IMG/VR virus record: IMGVR_UViG_3300012347_000112
Span: 2,448-66,447 of that record
Reading direction: 5' to 3' (one strand)
From: a virus
Taxonomy: Duplodnaviria > Caudoviricetes
DNA: 64,000 nt
This document shows, one piece after another, positions 29,844 to 39,492 of this stretch; the stretch's first letter is position 1, and the number at the start of each line of letters is the position of its first letter. Position numbers and translations under genes: made by a program. Under the pieces are notes generated by a model that had not been told where the DNA came from, did not search any database, and saw only the letters and a program-made list of their open reading frames with translations.

Positions 29844-32800
29844 TTAAGCTTTAGGTACAAAACTAGCCAGCTGGATGTGAACTTTATCAGGAGTCTGGAA
29901 CGTGCCGCCCCACTTTAGTCCATATTTGCCTAGATCCACTAAGTTTGCCATTTCTGCTGCCTGTGCGCCAGCGTCAATTGCTATGCCAGCGCCGTGTGAG
30001 TTGAGTTTACCACCTTTGCTTACAGGCAGTGCAGGTGTTGTAATACCACCAGCAGTTGGGGTATCTGGTAGGTGTCCGCCAGCGGCTACCCATGTGTTGT
30101 AAATGCGTTCCTGATCTTCTTGTTCACGGAAAGCACTAGCAAGCTGAATCTTTTTGCCTGTTTTAGCAACATACTCTTGACCTGCTGCTAATATTGCATT
30201 TTTAAATTCAGTTGTTAACTTTTCAAAGTCTTCTCTTCGGCCAGTTGGGGAGGTGTAGTTAAACACATCATCTGGATTAATGCCCGTGTCACCCGGTGGT
30301 GTAGCTGCGCTGCCCCCGCCGCCTGCAGACATTGTGCTGAGAATATCAATCGCATATCTACCTCTATTGTAGCTGTCAATTGGTGTTTGCTTTGCTGCAT
30401 TTGTTCCGGTATTTTCTTTTCTCCAGGTAGCTGCTGCTAGCACCATTGCATTAACATCACTGCCAATGAATTGTGTTTCTTCTCTGAAGAAGTAGGAAGT
30501 CATAATCATACCTGCTGCAACGCAGATACTGTCTCCAAAGTCAATGCCCCTAGGCGTGCTTGACGATAGTCTCTTGTATGCGTCCTCAATAAATGTGACC
30601 ATGCAAGTATCTTGAGATGCAATCGATTTTGTAAAATCAGCAGAGGATTTAATTCCGTTTTTGCCAGCCCAAGCACCTGCTTGGTTAATTGCATCTAGTT
30701 TATATTTTCTCAGATAATCAGGTTTAATAAACCCGTACTCTGCAAGCAAGATAGCATTAATACCATAACGTCCTAGTAGAGTTGATGTTACAAACTCTGG
30801 ATTAGAATCGCTTTCTGCATAGGCGATCTGGACCATAATTGCTTTTACCTGTTGAGTAGTTAGCCCAGGAATAGCATTAGCTTCGCCAGGTGTTCCGCGA
30901 CCTTCTAAGAAAATATCAGTAGAAGGAGCATCTGCTTTTTTCATAAACTCCACAGGAGCTTGTTTAGAAACGCTTTGTCCTGCTGCTGCTTTAATTCCTT
31001 TGTCGCTGTCTGCTGCGCCAGACTGGATTGCGTTGCCTGCACCATCGGTTAAGGTTGCTCCGCTGCCTGCTGTTACCGCACCCTTGCGTATAAATGCATG
31101 TTGAGCTTTAAATGCAGCTTTGGTATCTGGTGTCTTGCCGTGTGCGTTGTTTGTCCCAACTCCATCGTAACGACCACGACCAAGTTTTGGATCTTCTACT
31201 GACGCCCACACCCCAGCACATGCTGAGCAGGCATTTATTAACGCTGCTTCATCATCTGCTGCACCTTTAAGGTATGCGCCCATTGATCCGTAAACTGATA
31301 GATACTCTGTAAAAATTCTATCTTGCGTTGCTGTGTCAAACTTACTAGACGTGGCAATTGATAATTTTTTGCAGGCTGCTTCTAGTGTGTCTGGTATGCA
31401 CTGATATCTACCCACTGCAAACAATCGTTTGCGAGGATCTGGTTGTCGGCTTGCTCGCTGTGACAAAATCTCATCAATGGTCATGTTAACCAAATCAATT
31501 TTCTCGCCGCCCACTGATCCAGTTCCTGCAGGAGGGCTTGAGCCACGATTAAACGCATTGTATCCCGCTGCGCCCGATTCCAACTTGGCAATATAGTCAC
31601 CAAGTGGACCTGCACCGCCTGTGCCGCCTAATGGCAATGACGGGGTTGGGGCAACGTCTTTACACACAGATTGCACCGCTGTATTAGTTGCAGCGGCTGC
31701 TGTCACTGTGGCTGTATTTCTTGCCCATGGTTCATGTGCTGGGGCAACTGTAACAATGGATGTAAGAGCACCAGACACTGATGACCATAGTCCAGAACTG
31801 TCTTTGTTTGTGTCAGCAAGACTGTTGGTTGTAATTTCCCCGGGATCTGCTACTGCGGTTACTGCACCATCATTCAAACGGATCATGCTGCCAACTAGCT
31901 TTAGTTCGCCGCCGCCACTTACCCCTAATTCTCCGCCAGCAGTTACTCGCAGTGCGCCTGTTGAGCCTAGTCCAATTGCTGCACTGTACATGGTCAAGTC
32001 TGATCCTGCACGTAATTTCATAGTAGAGCTTTGTAAGGACATGCTGCCCAATGCTTTAATGTTTACGCTGCTTCCTTGAATATTAACGCTTGCATCGCTG
32101 TGCAAGTTTAGTGTACCTTGCGCTCTGACGTTAAAGCCTGCTTTACTGTACATGTTTAACGAACCAGAGTTTCCAAATTCTATCCAAGCTGTGCCTGCGC
32201 TGTTAGCAATATACAAGACTTGCTCACTGTCATTCATTAAAATTTGGTGGCCACCTGCTGTGCGCAATCGTATCAATTGGTCTTGTCCGGCGCTGTCCCC
32301 ATCATCCATTACAAATGTATGACCACCTAAACGAGTCTTAGGGGTTACGCTACCATCAGGAGCACGGCCAGGCGTGCTGACCCCGAATACCGAGCTTGGT
32401 GCATCCCTCATGCTGCTTGAGCTGATTGCACCTCTGACGTTATCAGTGTCAAGACCTTGATTGATTAATATTTCTGCCTGGGGTTCGTGTACTGGAACTT
32501 TATTGGTTAAAAATGCAGCCGTTACATTTAACTCAGAATTTTCATTAAATTCTGCTGTAGGCAAATACGAAGCTTCGCTTCTGTTTAAACTTGCTTTAAC
32601 TAAATTGCTCTTGACATTTTCGCGATCAACGTTGTCAGTGAAGCGACCAATGGCCGGGATCATACTATGGCTTAGATTTGTTGTGGTAACACACGCAAAC
32701 CAGTAGCCGCGTCCTGCATCTCCATTTACAAATACGCACAGAACAGTGTTGCCTACATCAGGTGGCACCAGCCACATACCGTAAGAGTTTTCAGTTTGTG

Positions 32801-33059
32801 CAAAAGAGTTAGTAGTACTTCTTTCGTTTTGTTTTGTTGTGCCATAGAACGGACTAGCGTATGCTACCCATCGCCAGTTTCTCGAATCGTCTTCGTCGCC
32901 ACCTTTGTCCGGGAACCACACACGCAATCGACCAAGTCTCAATGGGTCTACGTTTTGTTTAACAATTCCAGAATATACAAACTTCTCAAAGGTCATTCCC
33001 CCGACACTTTGTTCATTGGCCCAATCTGGTACTTTTCTTGATGATGTTCTATCTGCCAT
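29844..33059 (-). CDS. gp5: Baseplate hub/central spike (gp5-like) with two lysozyme-fold domains and a C-terminal M15 Zn peptidase
   Basis: N-terminal gp5 OB fold (DPLRLGRLRV...PPDVGNTVLC.F) and a beta-helix segment. Lambda-R-like IAKLESG...AVGRYQ...WASV, a second AYAES...GRYG domain, and SAFR...SHGAGIAID...DKVHIQL. Confidence 0.85.
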   Translation of the reverse strand: MADRTSSRKVPDWANEQSVGGMTFEKFVYSGIVKQNVDPLRLGRLRVWFPDKGGDEDDSRNWRWVAYASPFYGTTKQNERSTTNSFAQTENSYGMWLVPPDVGNTVLCVFVNGDAGRGYWFACVTTTNLSHSMIPAIGRFTDNVDRENVKSNLVKASLNRSEASYLPTAEFNENSELNVTAAFLTNKVPVHEPQAEILINQGLDTDNVRGAISSSSMRDAPSSVFGVSTPGRAPDGSVTPKTRLGGHTFVMDDGDSAGQDQLIRLRTAGGHQILMNDSEQVLYIANSAGTAWIEFGNSGSLNMYSKAGFNVRAQGTLNLHSDASVNIQGSSVNIKALGSMSLQSSTMKLRAGSDLTMYSAAIGLGSTGALRVTAGGELGVSGGGELKLVGSMIRLNDGAVTAVADPGEITTNSLADTNKDSSGLWSSVSGALTSIVTVAPAHEPWARNTATVTAAAATNTAVQSVCKDVAPTPSLPLGGTGGAGPLGDYIAKLESGAAGYNAFNRGSSPPAGTGSVGGEKIDLVNMTIDEILSQRASRQPDPRKRLFAVGRYQCIPDTLEAACKKLSIATSSKFDTATQDRIFTEYLSVYGSMGAYLKGAADDEAALINACSACAGVWASVEDPKLGRGRYDGVGTNNAHGKTPDTKAAFKAQHAFIRKGAVTAGSGATLTDGAGNAIQSGAADSDKGIKAAAGQSVSKQAPVEFMKKADAPSTDIFLEGRGTPGEANAIPGLTTQQVKAIMVQIAYAESDSNPEFVTSTLLGRYGINAILLAEYGFIKPDYLRKYKLDAINQAGAWAGKNGIKSSADFTKSIASQDTCMVTFIEDAYKRLSSSTPRGIDFGDSICVAAGMIMTSYFFREETQFIGSDVNAMVLAAATWRKENTGTNAAKQTPIDSYNRGRYAIDILSTMSAGGGGSAATPPGDTGINPDDVFNYTSPTGRREDFEKLTTEFKNAILAAGQEYVAKTGKKIQLASAFREQEDQERIYNTWVAAGGHLPDTPTAGGITTPALPVSKGGKLNSHGAGIAIDAGAQAAEMANLVDLGKYGLKWGGTFQTPDKVHIQLASFVPKA

Positions 33060-33069
33060 GTATTACCTT

Positions 33070-36060
33070 TTACTCAGCTTGTGCTGATAAATTATCCTGC
33101 TGCTCAGGGCTCAAGCCATCGTCGGTGTATGCATTGTCGTCAATGCCAACTACTTCGGCGTTGTCTTCAATCTGCTCTAGCCTTGCTTCGTCTGAATCAA
33201 CATTGTCAGCTTCGTCAATTGTCTCATTGTCTGACGGCTGCTCAATTGCATCGTCACCTGGCTCAGTGCCAGTATTGTCACCTTTGTTTGCATCAACGTC
33301 ATTGCCTGCAAATGTTTCGCTTTCAGGTGCGTCCGACTCCGGAGCGCGAGTGCCATTGGCTGTGCCGTCGTCTTCTTTATCATTGGCAGGGCGCGGCGCA
33401 ACTTTACCTACACCAGCATCCTTAGTGTCCGGATTTATTGAGTCTGGAACTCTAACCATGTCAATTGTTTGTTCAAACTTGCCGTTTGCAAATACGTTAT
33501 CTACTGTGAGCATTCTGTACAACCCTGAGAATACACTGTTCTTTGCATACTCGGGTTTTTCCAATGGCAACCCAGTTAACGGGTTCATGTCAACTATAGT
33601 ACGGAATTCCACTTGTGCCATAACTTCGCCAGTGTCCATTGGAATACTGCCCGTGTCGCTCATTGCTTCGAGAGTTTTGATTTTATCTAAGTAGTCTGCT
33701 TGTGCAGGATTTGTATAGATATCGTCTTGCTTGATCAATTCAGGATCGCCAACAATCTTTAACTTTAAGTTAAGCATGTCGCCCCGACTCGAGCTATACA
33801 AACCCTTTTGGATGTCTGCAACCAGGATAGGCTTTGTGCCGTTTTGTGTTCCACCTACGCCAGTTGACTGCGGTTGTGCTGACACTAGTTTTAGTTGTCT
33901 GTTAATAAGTTCAGCGGCAGCTGGTGCTTCATTTGCTGCAACCTTTGCTGCATCGTCCTGTTGTTGTGCAGCGGCCTGAATCAAATCAGCTTGCCACTTT
34001 GCTGCACCTGCTGTCACAGCGGTATAATATAGTGTGTCGAAATCCATTTGAAAATCTATTACGTCTGTATTTTTACCAGTGTAGCTGTAATAGTATTTCT
34101 TAATGCTGCCCTTTGGGGCTGCACTTGGTCCGTTTGGATGTTTACTATCATATACCTTATACGGCATAATATGATAGGTAGTTACTGTGCTAAACTTGTT
34201 CATTGCATAGTCGTATTTCCCAATCTCTACAGTGGGAATAACCTTATACCAATTCAACACTTTACCTTCTCGTTCAGCAAGATCCTGCGGCGTCATGTTT
34301 GCAGGATCTTTTATCTGATTTGTAATATAGGCACTGTTACGCATTACCATGTCAATGACTTGCAAGATGCTAGTACCAGCACTAATAGGAAATGCTGCTG
34401 CGTCAGTGAATACACGATTTGCATCTCGTGACGCGGCTTTGGCTGCATCAGCTGGCTTGTCGTCCCTAACTGCTGAACGAGAGATATCTTTAGTAGCAGG
34501 TACTACTATTTTTGTTTTAGCAATGTCTTCGTGTACGTTAACAATAATCTGATCTTTTGTGCCGCGCAACTTCTTTAACAGCAAATCGGTGTACCATCCG
34601 TTGATACCACCACACAAACTGCTTACTGCAAAGGCACGATTTACAATGCCTTTGTTTTGTATTGTTTCTTCATCTGTTGGCACTCGAGCACTTGCATCTG
34701 GTTCTACTTTATCCAAGCGTCTAGGGTCATTGACCAGTCTGCCGCTGGCATCAGTTTTCTTAGCTTCTTTGTCTGCTTGCTCTTTGCGTTGGATGGCACT
34801 GCTAGCTGCCATTTTTTCTGCGTCTTGTTTACTAATAGCCAGCTGATCAGCAGCATTAGCCACGTTGTTATAAAAGAATTCTCCAACCGTAGAAGCTTTA
34901 ACTTCCATGTTGATTGGCACTGTTGCTGCACTTTGACTTAATGCCTGATGGTTCCAAGGCACTGCCTTGATTTGATACTCGCTGCCTTTTGTTCCGGCTT
35001 TGATTTTCATTTCAATAATCTGTATTGGAATTCTTTTACGTTGGGAATCTAGTTTAGTTGCGATGCCTGCGTCAGTTGACCCATAGAAGTCAATCTCTAG
35101 TAGATAGGGCATGGCTTTGAAATTGGGTGCTTGAATGTCCGACGCTGCTGCCATGATACGGTCAAGCAGACTCATTCCGTAGGGTTCAATTACACCAAAA
35201 CTAATTTCAATTGCATTAGATGCTTTACTGCGATTGTTAAGACCAATCACTGTGGTCATTTTCAAATCAGTGAAGTAAAAATCATCAGTGAAGTTACTGT
35301 TTCTTACATAGTGCCCGGTATTTTTACCGCCACTGGCAATCAAGCAGGTCTTAACACGGTTTTGTCCCGGTACCCAGGATGCTGGATTAGTAGTTAACGT
35401 ATTGATGTCTTCCTTTGACAGAATGAACAAAGAAATACTATAGGTGTAGGTTGCAAATTGATGCAACGGATTAATCCTGGGCACATACTTTTCGCTGCTG
35501 CCCGGGCCCACTGTGCTGACCACAGATTTAGTAGCCGGCTCAGTTTTATTGTCAGCAGCTAATACGTCTTGCTCCGTTGGGCCAGCTGCATTATATCGTT
35601 CCTCTGCATCGAGTCTTGCTCGCTCAAACGGATCTTCAGTTTCTGCCGATTCTGCTGTTTGTTCTTTTTCTGCACGTATGTCGGCAGCACGTTTTGGGTC
35701 AATATCTGCTTCTTGGCTGCTGATTAGATCTTCCCGTAGGTGATCAAGTACATCTTGATTTGCTGCTGCTGCTTCGCGGGCTGCTGCATAAGTTGCTTGT
35801 CTTGCATCAGCAACCTGCTGTGCCTGTTGTACTGCTGTCTTTGCTTCTGCAACAATTGCTGGGTCATCAAACTCAATGGCAGATAACAAATACTCTTTTG
35901 CTGAAATTAAATTTTCACGTGCCGATTTACGTGCTTCCCAAGCATCGTCGCGAATCGTGTCATAACGATCCACTTGCATCTGTTGCAGATCAATTTCGTG
36001 CTGCAACTCATCAATTGCTTGATTTTTTTCGTAGTCGCTAGCGTATACCACATTTGCCAT
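33070..36060 (-). CDS. Baseplate hub protein (gp27-like) with long N- and C-terminal extensions
   Basis: Lies between the gp53-like gene and gp5. INPLHQFATYTY and LKIVGDPELI...YRMLTVDNVF.NGKFEQTIDMVR end a typical hub fold. Confidence 0.6.
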   Translation of the reverse strand: MANVVYASDYEKNQAIDELQHEIDLQQMQVDRYDTIRDDAWEARKSARENLISAKEYLLSAIEFDDPAIVAEAKTAVQQAQQVADARQATYAAAREAAAANQDVLDHLREDLISSQEADIDPKRAADIRAEKEQTAESAETEDPFERARLDAEERYNAAGPTEQDVLAADNKTEPATKSVVSTVGPGSSEKYVPRINPLHQFATYTYSISLFILSKEDINTLTTNPASWVPGQNRVKTCLIASGGKNTGHYVRNSNFTDDFYFTDLKMTTVIGLNNRSKASNAIEISFGVIEPYGMSLLDRIMAAASDIQAPNFKAMPYLLEIDFYGSTDAGIATKLDSQRKRIPIQIIEMKIKAGTKGSEYQIKAVPWNHQALSQSAATVPINMEVKASTVGEFFYNNVANAADQLAISKQDAEKMAASSAIQRKEQADKEAKKTDASGRLVNDPRRLDKVEPDASARVPTDEETIQNKGIVNRAFAVSSLCGGINGWYTDLLLKKLRGTKDQIIVNVHEDIAKTKIVVPATKDISRSAVRDDKPADAAKAASRDANRVFTDAAAFPISAGTSILQVIDMVMRNSAYITNQIKDPANMTPQDLAEREGKVLNWYKVIPTVEIGKYDYAMNKFSTVTTYHIMPYKVYDSKHPNGPSAAPKGSIKKYYYSYTGKNTDVIDFQMDFDTLYYTAVTAGAAKWQADLIQAAAQQQDDAAKVAANEAPAAAELINRQLKLVSAQPQSTGVGGTQNGTKPILVADIQKGLYSSSRGDMLNLKLKIVGDPELIKQDDIYTNPAQADYLDKIKTLEAMSDTGSIPMDTGEVMAQVEFRTIVDMNPLTGLPLEKPEYAKNSVFSGLYRMLTVDNVFANGKFEQTIDMVRVPDSINPDTKDAGVGKVAPRPANDKEDDGTANGTRAPESDAPESETFAGNDVDANKGDNTGTEPGDDAIEQPSDNETIDEADNVDSDEARLEQIEDNAEVVGIDDNAYTDDGLSPEQQDNLSAQAE

Positions 36061-36063
36061 CGA

Positions 36064-36366
36064 TTATAACCCCAGGTCTGCGGTAAGCTGATCTTTTGTA
36101 GGAATGTAAATGCTTTTCCCAGCAGTAAAGTCGTATATTGGATCTTGGATAGTGTTTGGATTACGCTGCGCAAACACCCACCACAATGCGCTTGACCCGT
36201 ACAAGTCGTATGCCAGTAGGTCAGGGCGGTGCTCGTATACTTTGTCAATTGTGTACAACACGTCCGCTGCTTTAGGCGTAATTGGACGATCAATCATTAC
36301 GTCAAGGAATTTTCCAAACTTGTCGGTACCGTAATACGGGCTTTGCTTAGAGTACGTTGCAGGCAT
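36064..36366 (-). CDS. gp53: Baseplate wedge protein (gp53/LysM-like)
   Basis: YEHRPDLLAYDLYGSSALWWVFAQRN...IYDF..GKSIYIP. Confidence 0.85.
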   Translation of the reverse strand: MPATYSKQSPYYGTDKFGKFLDVMIDRPITPKAADVLYTIDKVYEHRPDLLAYDLYGSSALWWVFAQRNPNTIQDPIYDFTAGKSIYIPTKDQLTADLGL

Positions 36367-37370
36367 TAAATAAATCCTCCAACCATTTTTCCAGCAGCAA
36401 AATCGTCTAGGTTAAACGCAGTAGACAACAATCTACTGTAGACTGGTTGCAATGTTACTGTCAATTGGCTATGCGTTGGTAAACGTGTAGGGCCACCGCT
36501 AGCGCCGAATTGGCCACCCGTTAGTGCTCCAATCAATTGATTTAACCCTGCGCCGCTTGGTCCCATTGTCGAGCCAAGTGCCGAGTTAACACCGCTTTTA
36601 AGTGCGCCAACTGCTGCATCGCCAATGTTGCCACCGTTCATGATACTGCCGAGTCCTTGAGTAACTGCGCCAGAAATACCGCCCTTGGCAGTGCCGGGTA
36701 TTACTCTAGGAATTTCCATGTAGTCGCAGTCGCTTGGCATAGTGTGACTAAAACTAGTAATTACGCAGGGAACGTTCGATAGATAGTCAGAGCCGTAGCC
36801 GTTTAAAAATACCATCGGAGGCGGGTAACCTGTATAGTTTTTACGGTTGCTTGCCCCAAACCACATCTTAGTGGCTGCTCTAAAGAATGTAATCGCTGCT
36901 AGAAGGTATTGCCCTTCTTCAATGTTCTGTACTGTAAAATCGCCAGAAATATTAATAGCTGCAACTTCACTGTTTTCGTAAAAATACCCAGGATTGTTAC
37001 TGTGTGTGAATTTTTGTTGGCTGTAGTTTGCTGTGTGCGTTACTTGTACCTGCGGAGTATAAGGAAAGATAACGCCGTTTTGTGTGTCTGATCCAAATAG
37101 CGGATCCATGATACCACGTTCTGCTGCTGGCACTGAATGATAGAAGTAATCTGCGCCTTTTGCCAAGCTAACACGTACTCGCCAATCAGGTTGCCCACCG
37201 GCTAAGTTTAAGTTAACCCCAACACCGCCTAGTTTAAAGTTTAAGCTGCCGCCGGGAATTAAACCAGCTACTGCCAATCTAGCTGCCGAAGGATCAATTC
37301 CAACCGCAGCCGCGCCGGCATTCATTGCTGCGCCTGTTACTCCGCTAACTGCTCCATCAAACATTCCCAT
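36366..37370 (-). CDS. Baseplate tail-tube initiator (gp48/gp54-like)
   Basis: GVIFPYTPQVQ...Y.NSEV..I.ISGDFTVQ...PPPMVFLNGYG...VPCVITSF; upstream of gp53. Confidence 0.65.
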   Translation of the reverse strand: MGMFDGAVSGVTGAAMNAGAAAVGIDPSAARLAVAGLIPGGSLNFKLGGVGVNLNLAGGQPDWRVRVSLAKGADYFYHSVPAAERGIMDPLFGSDTQNGVIFPYTPQVQVTHTANYSQQKFTHSNNPGYFYENSEVAAINISGDFTVQNIEEGQYLLAAITFFRAATKMWFGASNRKNYTGYPPPMVFLNGYGSDYLSNVPCVITSFSHTMPSDCDYMEIPRVIPGTAKGGISGAVTQGLGSIMNGGNIGDAAVGALKSGVNSALGSTMGPSGAGLNQLIGALTGGQFGASGGPTRLPTHSQLTVTLQPVYSRLLSTAFNLDDFAAGKMVGGFI

Positions 37371-37426
37371 AGTCGTTCCTTATTACAATATTTATGGGTT
37401 TGAAAAAGTGCTAATATAAAGAAAGG

Positions 37427-37456
37427 TTGACCTGCGGTTCTTAAATATGTTAGTAT
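37427..37456 (+). promoter_or_regulatory. Sigma70-type promoter for the gp55 operon
   Basis: TTGACC (37427-32), 18-bp spacer, TGn-extended TAGTAT (37451-56). Confidence 0.5.
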
Positions 37457-37483
37457 ACACCAACTAACAAGGAACTCTGCATC

Positions 37484-38395
37484 GTGCAACCAATAGTAAA
37501 AGTTAAAAACTATCTAAACAATAAAGACATTCTCAAAGAGATTCATAAAAGTAAAAGCACCTATTGTGTATTCTTAGACCCTGCCCAAGCAGACTACGAT
37601 ATGATTTTACTTGACGTGGACAAAATTAATAAAAAGAACATCATGCAAGCTCGCAAAGATCGAGCCGAACGCCTAACAAAACTAGCGTTCGATGAAGCCA
37701 ACGTCGACGGGACTGCCAAGGCAAATAAGAAAAAGCTCGAAGACTTTGAAGTAAAACTCAAAGATGTACCAGCCGAAGATGTTGTTTTTCGTGTCATGAC
37801 CTGGGAGCATATCCCTCCTGCACCACCAAAAGTTAAAAAAGGTGCTGCAATTGTACTAGACGACGAAGAAGAAACGTTAACCGAATACGACGACCCGGAC
37901 GCAGTAAAAGCGCCCACTAAGTATACAAAATGCAATTTCCCCCCGTTTTTCCACTATAAAGTAACCGAGGATGGAACACCGTACGTAGTAGGCAAGTCGC
38001 ATTGGAAAGGTGATTTGATTACCGGGGAGTTTTGCAAGGACCACGGGCAAATGACTAAAAAGCTAGCACACATGTTTATGAAGCTGTGCGAACGCTATGC
38101 TACACGCTCTAACTGGAGAGGATACACATACAATGACGAAATGCGAAGCCAAGCACTCTTACAACTCAGCCAAATCGGACTCCAATTTGACGAGTCCAAA
38201 TCGCAGAACCCTTTTGCGTATTATACTGCCGCTATCACTAACAGTTTTACTCGTGTCTTGAATATCGAAAAGCGTAGCCAAAACTTACGCGATGATATTT
38301 TAGAAATGAACGGACTTACCCCAAGCTACACACGTCAGGGTCAAGGTGGCTCGTGGGGCGGCGCAGGTGGCGGCGGCGTAGATGGTGACGACTAA
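37484..38395 (+). CDS. gp55: Late-transcription sigma factor (T4 gp55-like)
   Basis: KNYLNNKDILKEI N-terminus; NWRGYTYNDEM...FDESKSQNPFAYYTAAITNSFTRVLNIEK; directly upstream of gp47 as in T4. Confidence 0.88.
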   Translation: MQPIVKVKNYLNNKDILKEIHKSKSTYCVFLDPAQADYDMILLDVDKINKKNIMQARKDRAERLTKLAFDEANVDGTAKANKKKLEDFEVKLKDVPAEDVVFRVMTWEHIPPAPPKVKKGAAIVLDDEEETLTEYDDPDAVKAPTKYTKCNFPPFFHYKVTEDGTPYVVGKSHWKGDLITGEFCKDHGQMTKKLAHMFMKLCERYATRSNWRGYTYNDEMRSQALLQLSQIGLQFDESKSQNPFAYYTAAITNSFTRVLNIEKRSQNLRDDILEMNGLTPSYTRQGQGGSWGGAGGGGVDGDD

Positions 38396-38440
38396 GATTA
38401 AGAAGGCCGGTATAAAGAATTCCATAAGGAACATTTACTA

Positions 38441-38469
38441 TAGACACCCCAGCGGCAATAGTGTAAACT
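38441..38469 (+). promoter_or_regulatory. Sigma70-type promoter for gp47
   Basis: TAGACA, 17 bp, TAAACT; predicted +1 falls on ATG 38476. Confidence 0.45.
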
Positions 38470-38475
38470 ATAACC

Positions 38476-39492
38476 ATGAGTAACCTATTTAAGAAAGCCG
38501 CAGTCTTCACTGACATCCACTTTGGTCTAAAGTCAAACAGTCAACTCCACAACGAGGACTGTTTGAACTTTGTAAAGTGGGCAACAGCCAAAGCACAAGA
38601 AGAAGGGTGCGAAACTTGTCTCTTCCTAGGCGATTGGCACAATAACCGAGCTAGCATTAACATCCTAACTCTACAATACAGCTTACAAGCGCTGGAACAC
38701 CTAAATGATAATTTTGAAACTGTTTATTTTATTCCTGGTAACCACGATTTGTACTATCGTGACAAGCGGGACGTCCAATCTGTGGAATGGGCAAAGCATT
38801 TATCGAACATCAAGATATGCAATGATTGGTTCACTAGCGGTAATGTGGTTATCGCTCCTTGGCTTGTGGCTGAAGACCATAAGCGAATCCCTAAGCTAAA
38901 AGGCAAGTATATGTTCGGGCACTTTGAGCTGCCCGGATACTTAATGAATGCTATGGTAGCTATGCCCGAGCACGGCGAGCTCAGAGGCGACGACTTCCAG
39001 GGTTTTGAACATGTGTTTAGTGGACACTTTCACAAGCGACAAACACAGCGCAACATCACTTATGTAGGTAACTGCTTTCCACACAATTATGCAGACGCCG
39101 GTGATGACGATCGCGGCATGATGATCCTAGAATGGGACAAGCAGCCCGAATTTCATGCATGGCCCGACCAACCCAAATATCGTGTGTTTAACTTGAGTGA
39201 CGTTATTAATCATACCGAGGCTATGCTCAAGCCTGGTATGCACTGTCGCGTTAACCTGGACATTGATATCAGCTACGAAGAAGCTACGTTTATTAAAGAA
39301 ACATTTATTGACACCTACAAGCTACGTGAGATTACGCTAATTCCTGCCAAAGTTACTGAGCTAACCGAATACGAAATACAAGGCAACATCGAATTCGAAA
39401 GTGTTGATCAAATTGTAGCGAGTCAACTTACTACACTAGAAAACGGCAAGTTCAATAAGAATCTATTGCTAGACATTTATCGCAATCTTTAA
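38476..39492 (+). CDS. gp47: Recombination endonuclease subunit (Mre11/SbcD-like)
   Basis: Metallophosphoesterase motifs FTDIHFG, LGDWHNN, PGNHD, GHFE, SGHFH. Confidence 0.95.
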   Translation: MSNLFKKAAVFTDIHFGLKSNSQLHNEDCLNFVKWATAKAQEEGCETCLFLGDWHNNRASINILTLQYSLQALEHLNDNFETVYFIPGNHDLYYRDKRDVQSVEWAKHLSNIKICNDWFTSGNVVIAPWLVAEDHKRIPKLKGKYMFGHFELPGYLMNAMVAMPEHGELRGDDFQGFEHVFSGHFHKRQTQRNITYVGNCFPHNYADAGDDDRGMMILEWDKQPEFHAWPDQPKYRVFNLSDVINHTEAMLKPGMHCRVNLDIDISYEEATFIKETFIDTYKLREITLIPAKVTELTEYEIQGNIEFESVDQIVASQLTTLENGKFNKNLLLDIYRNL

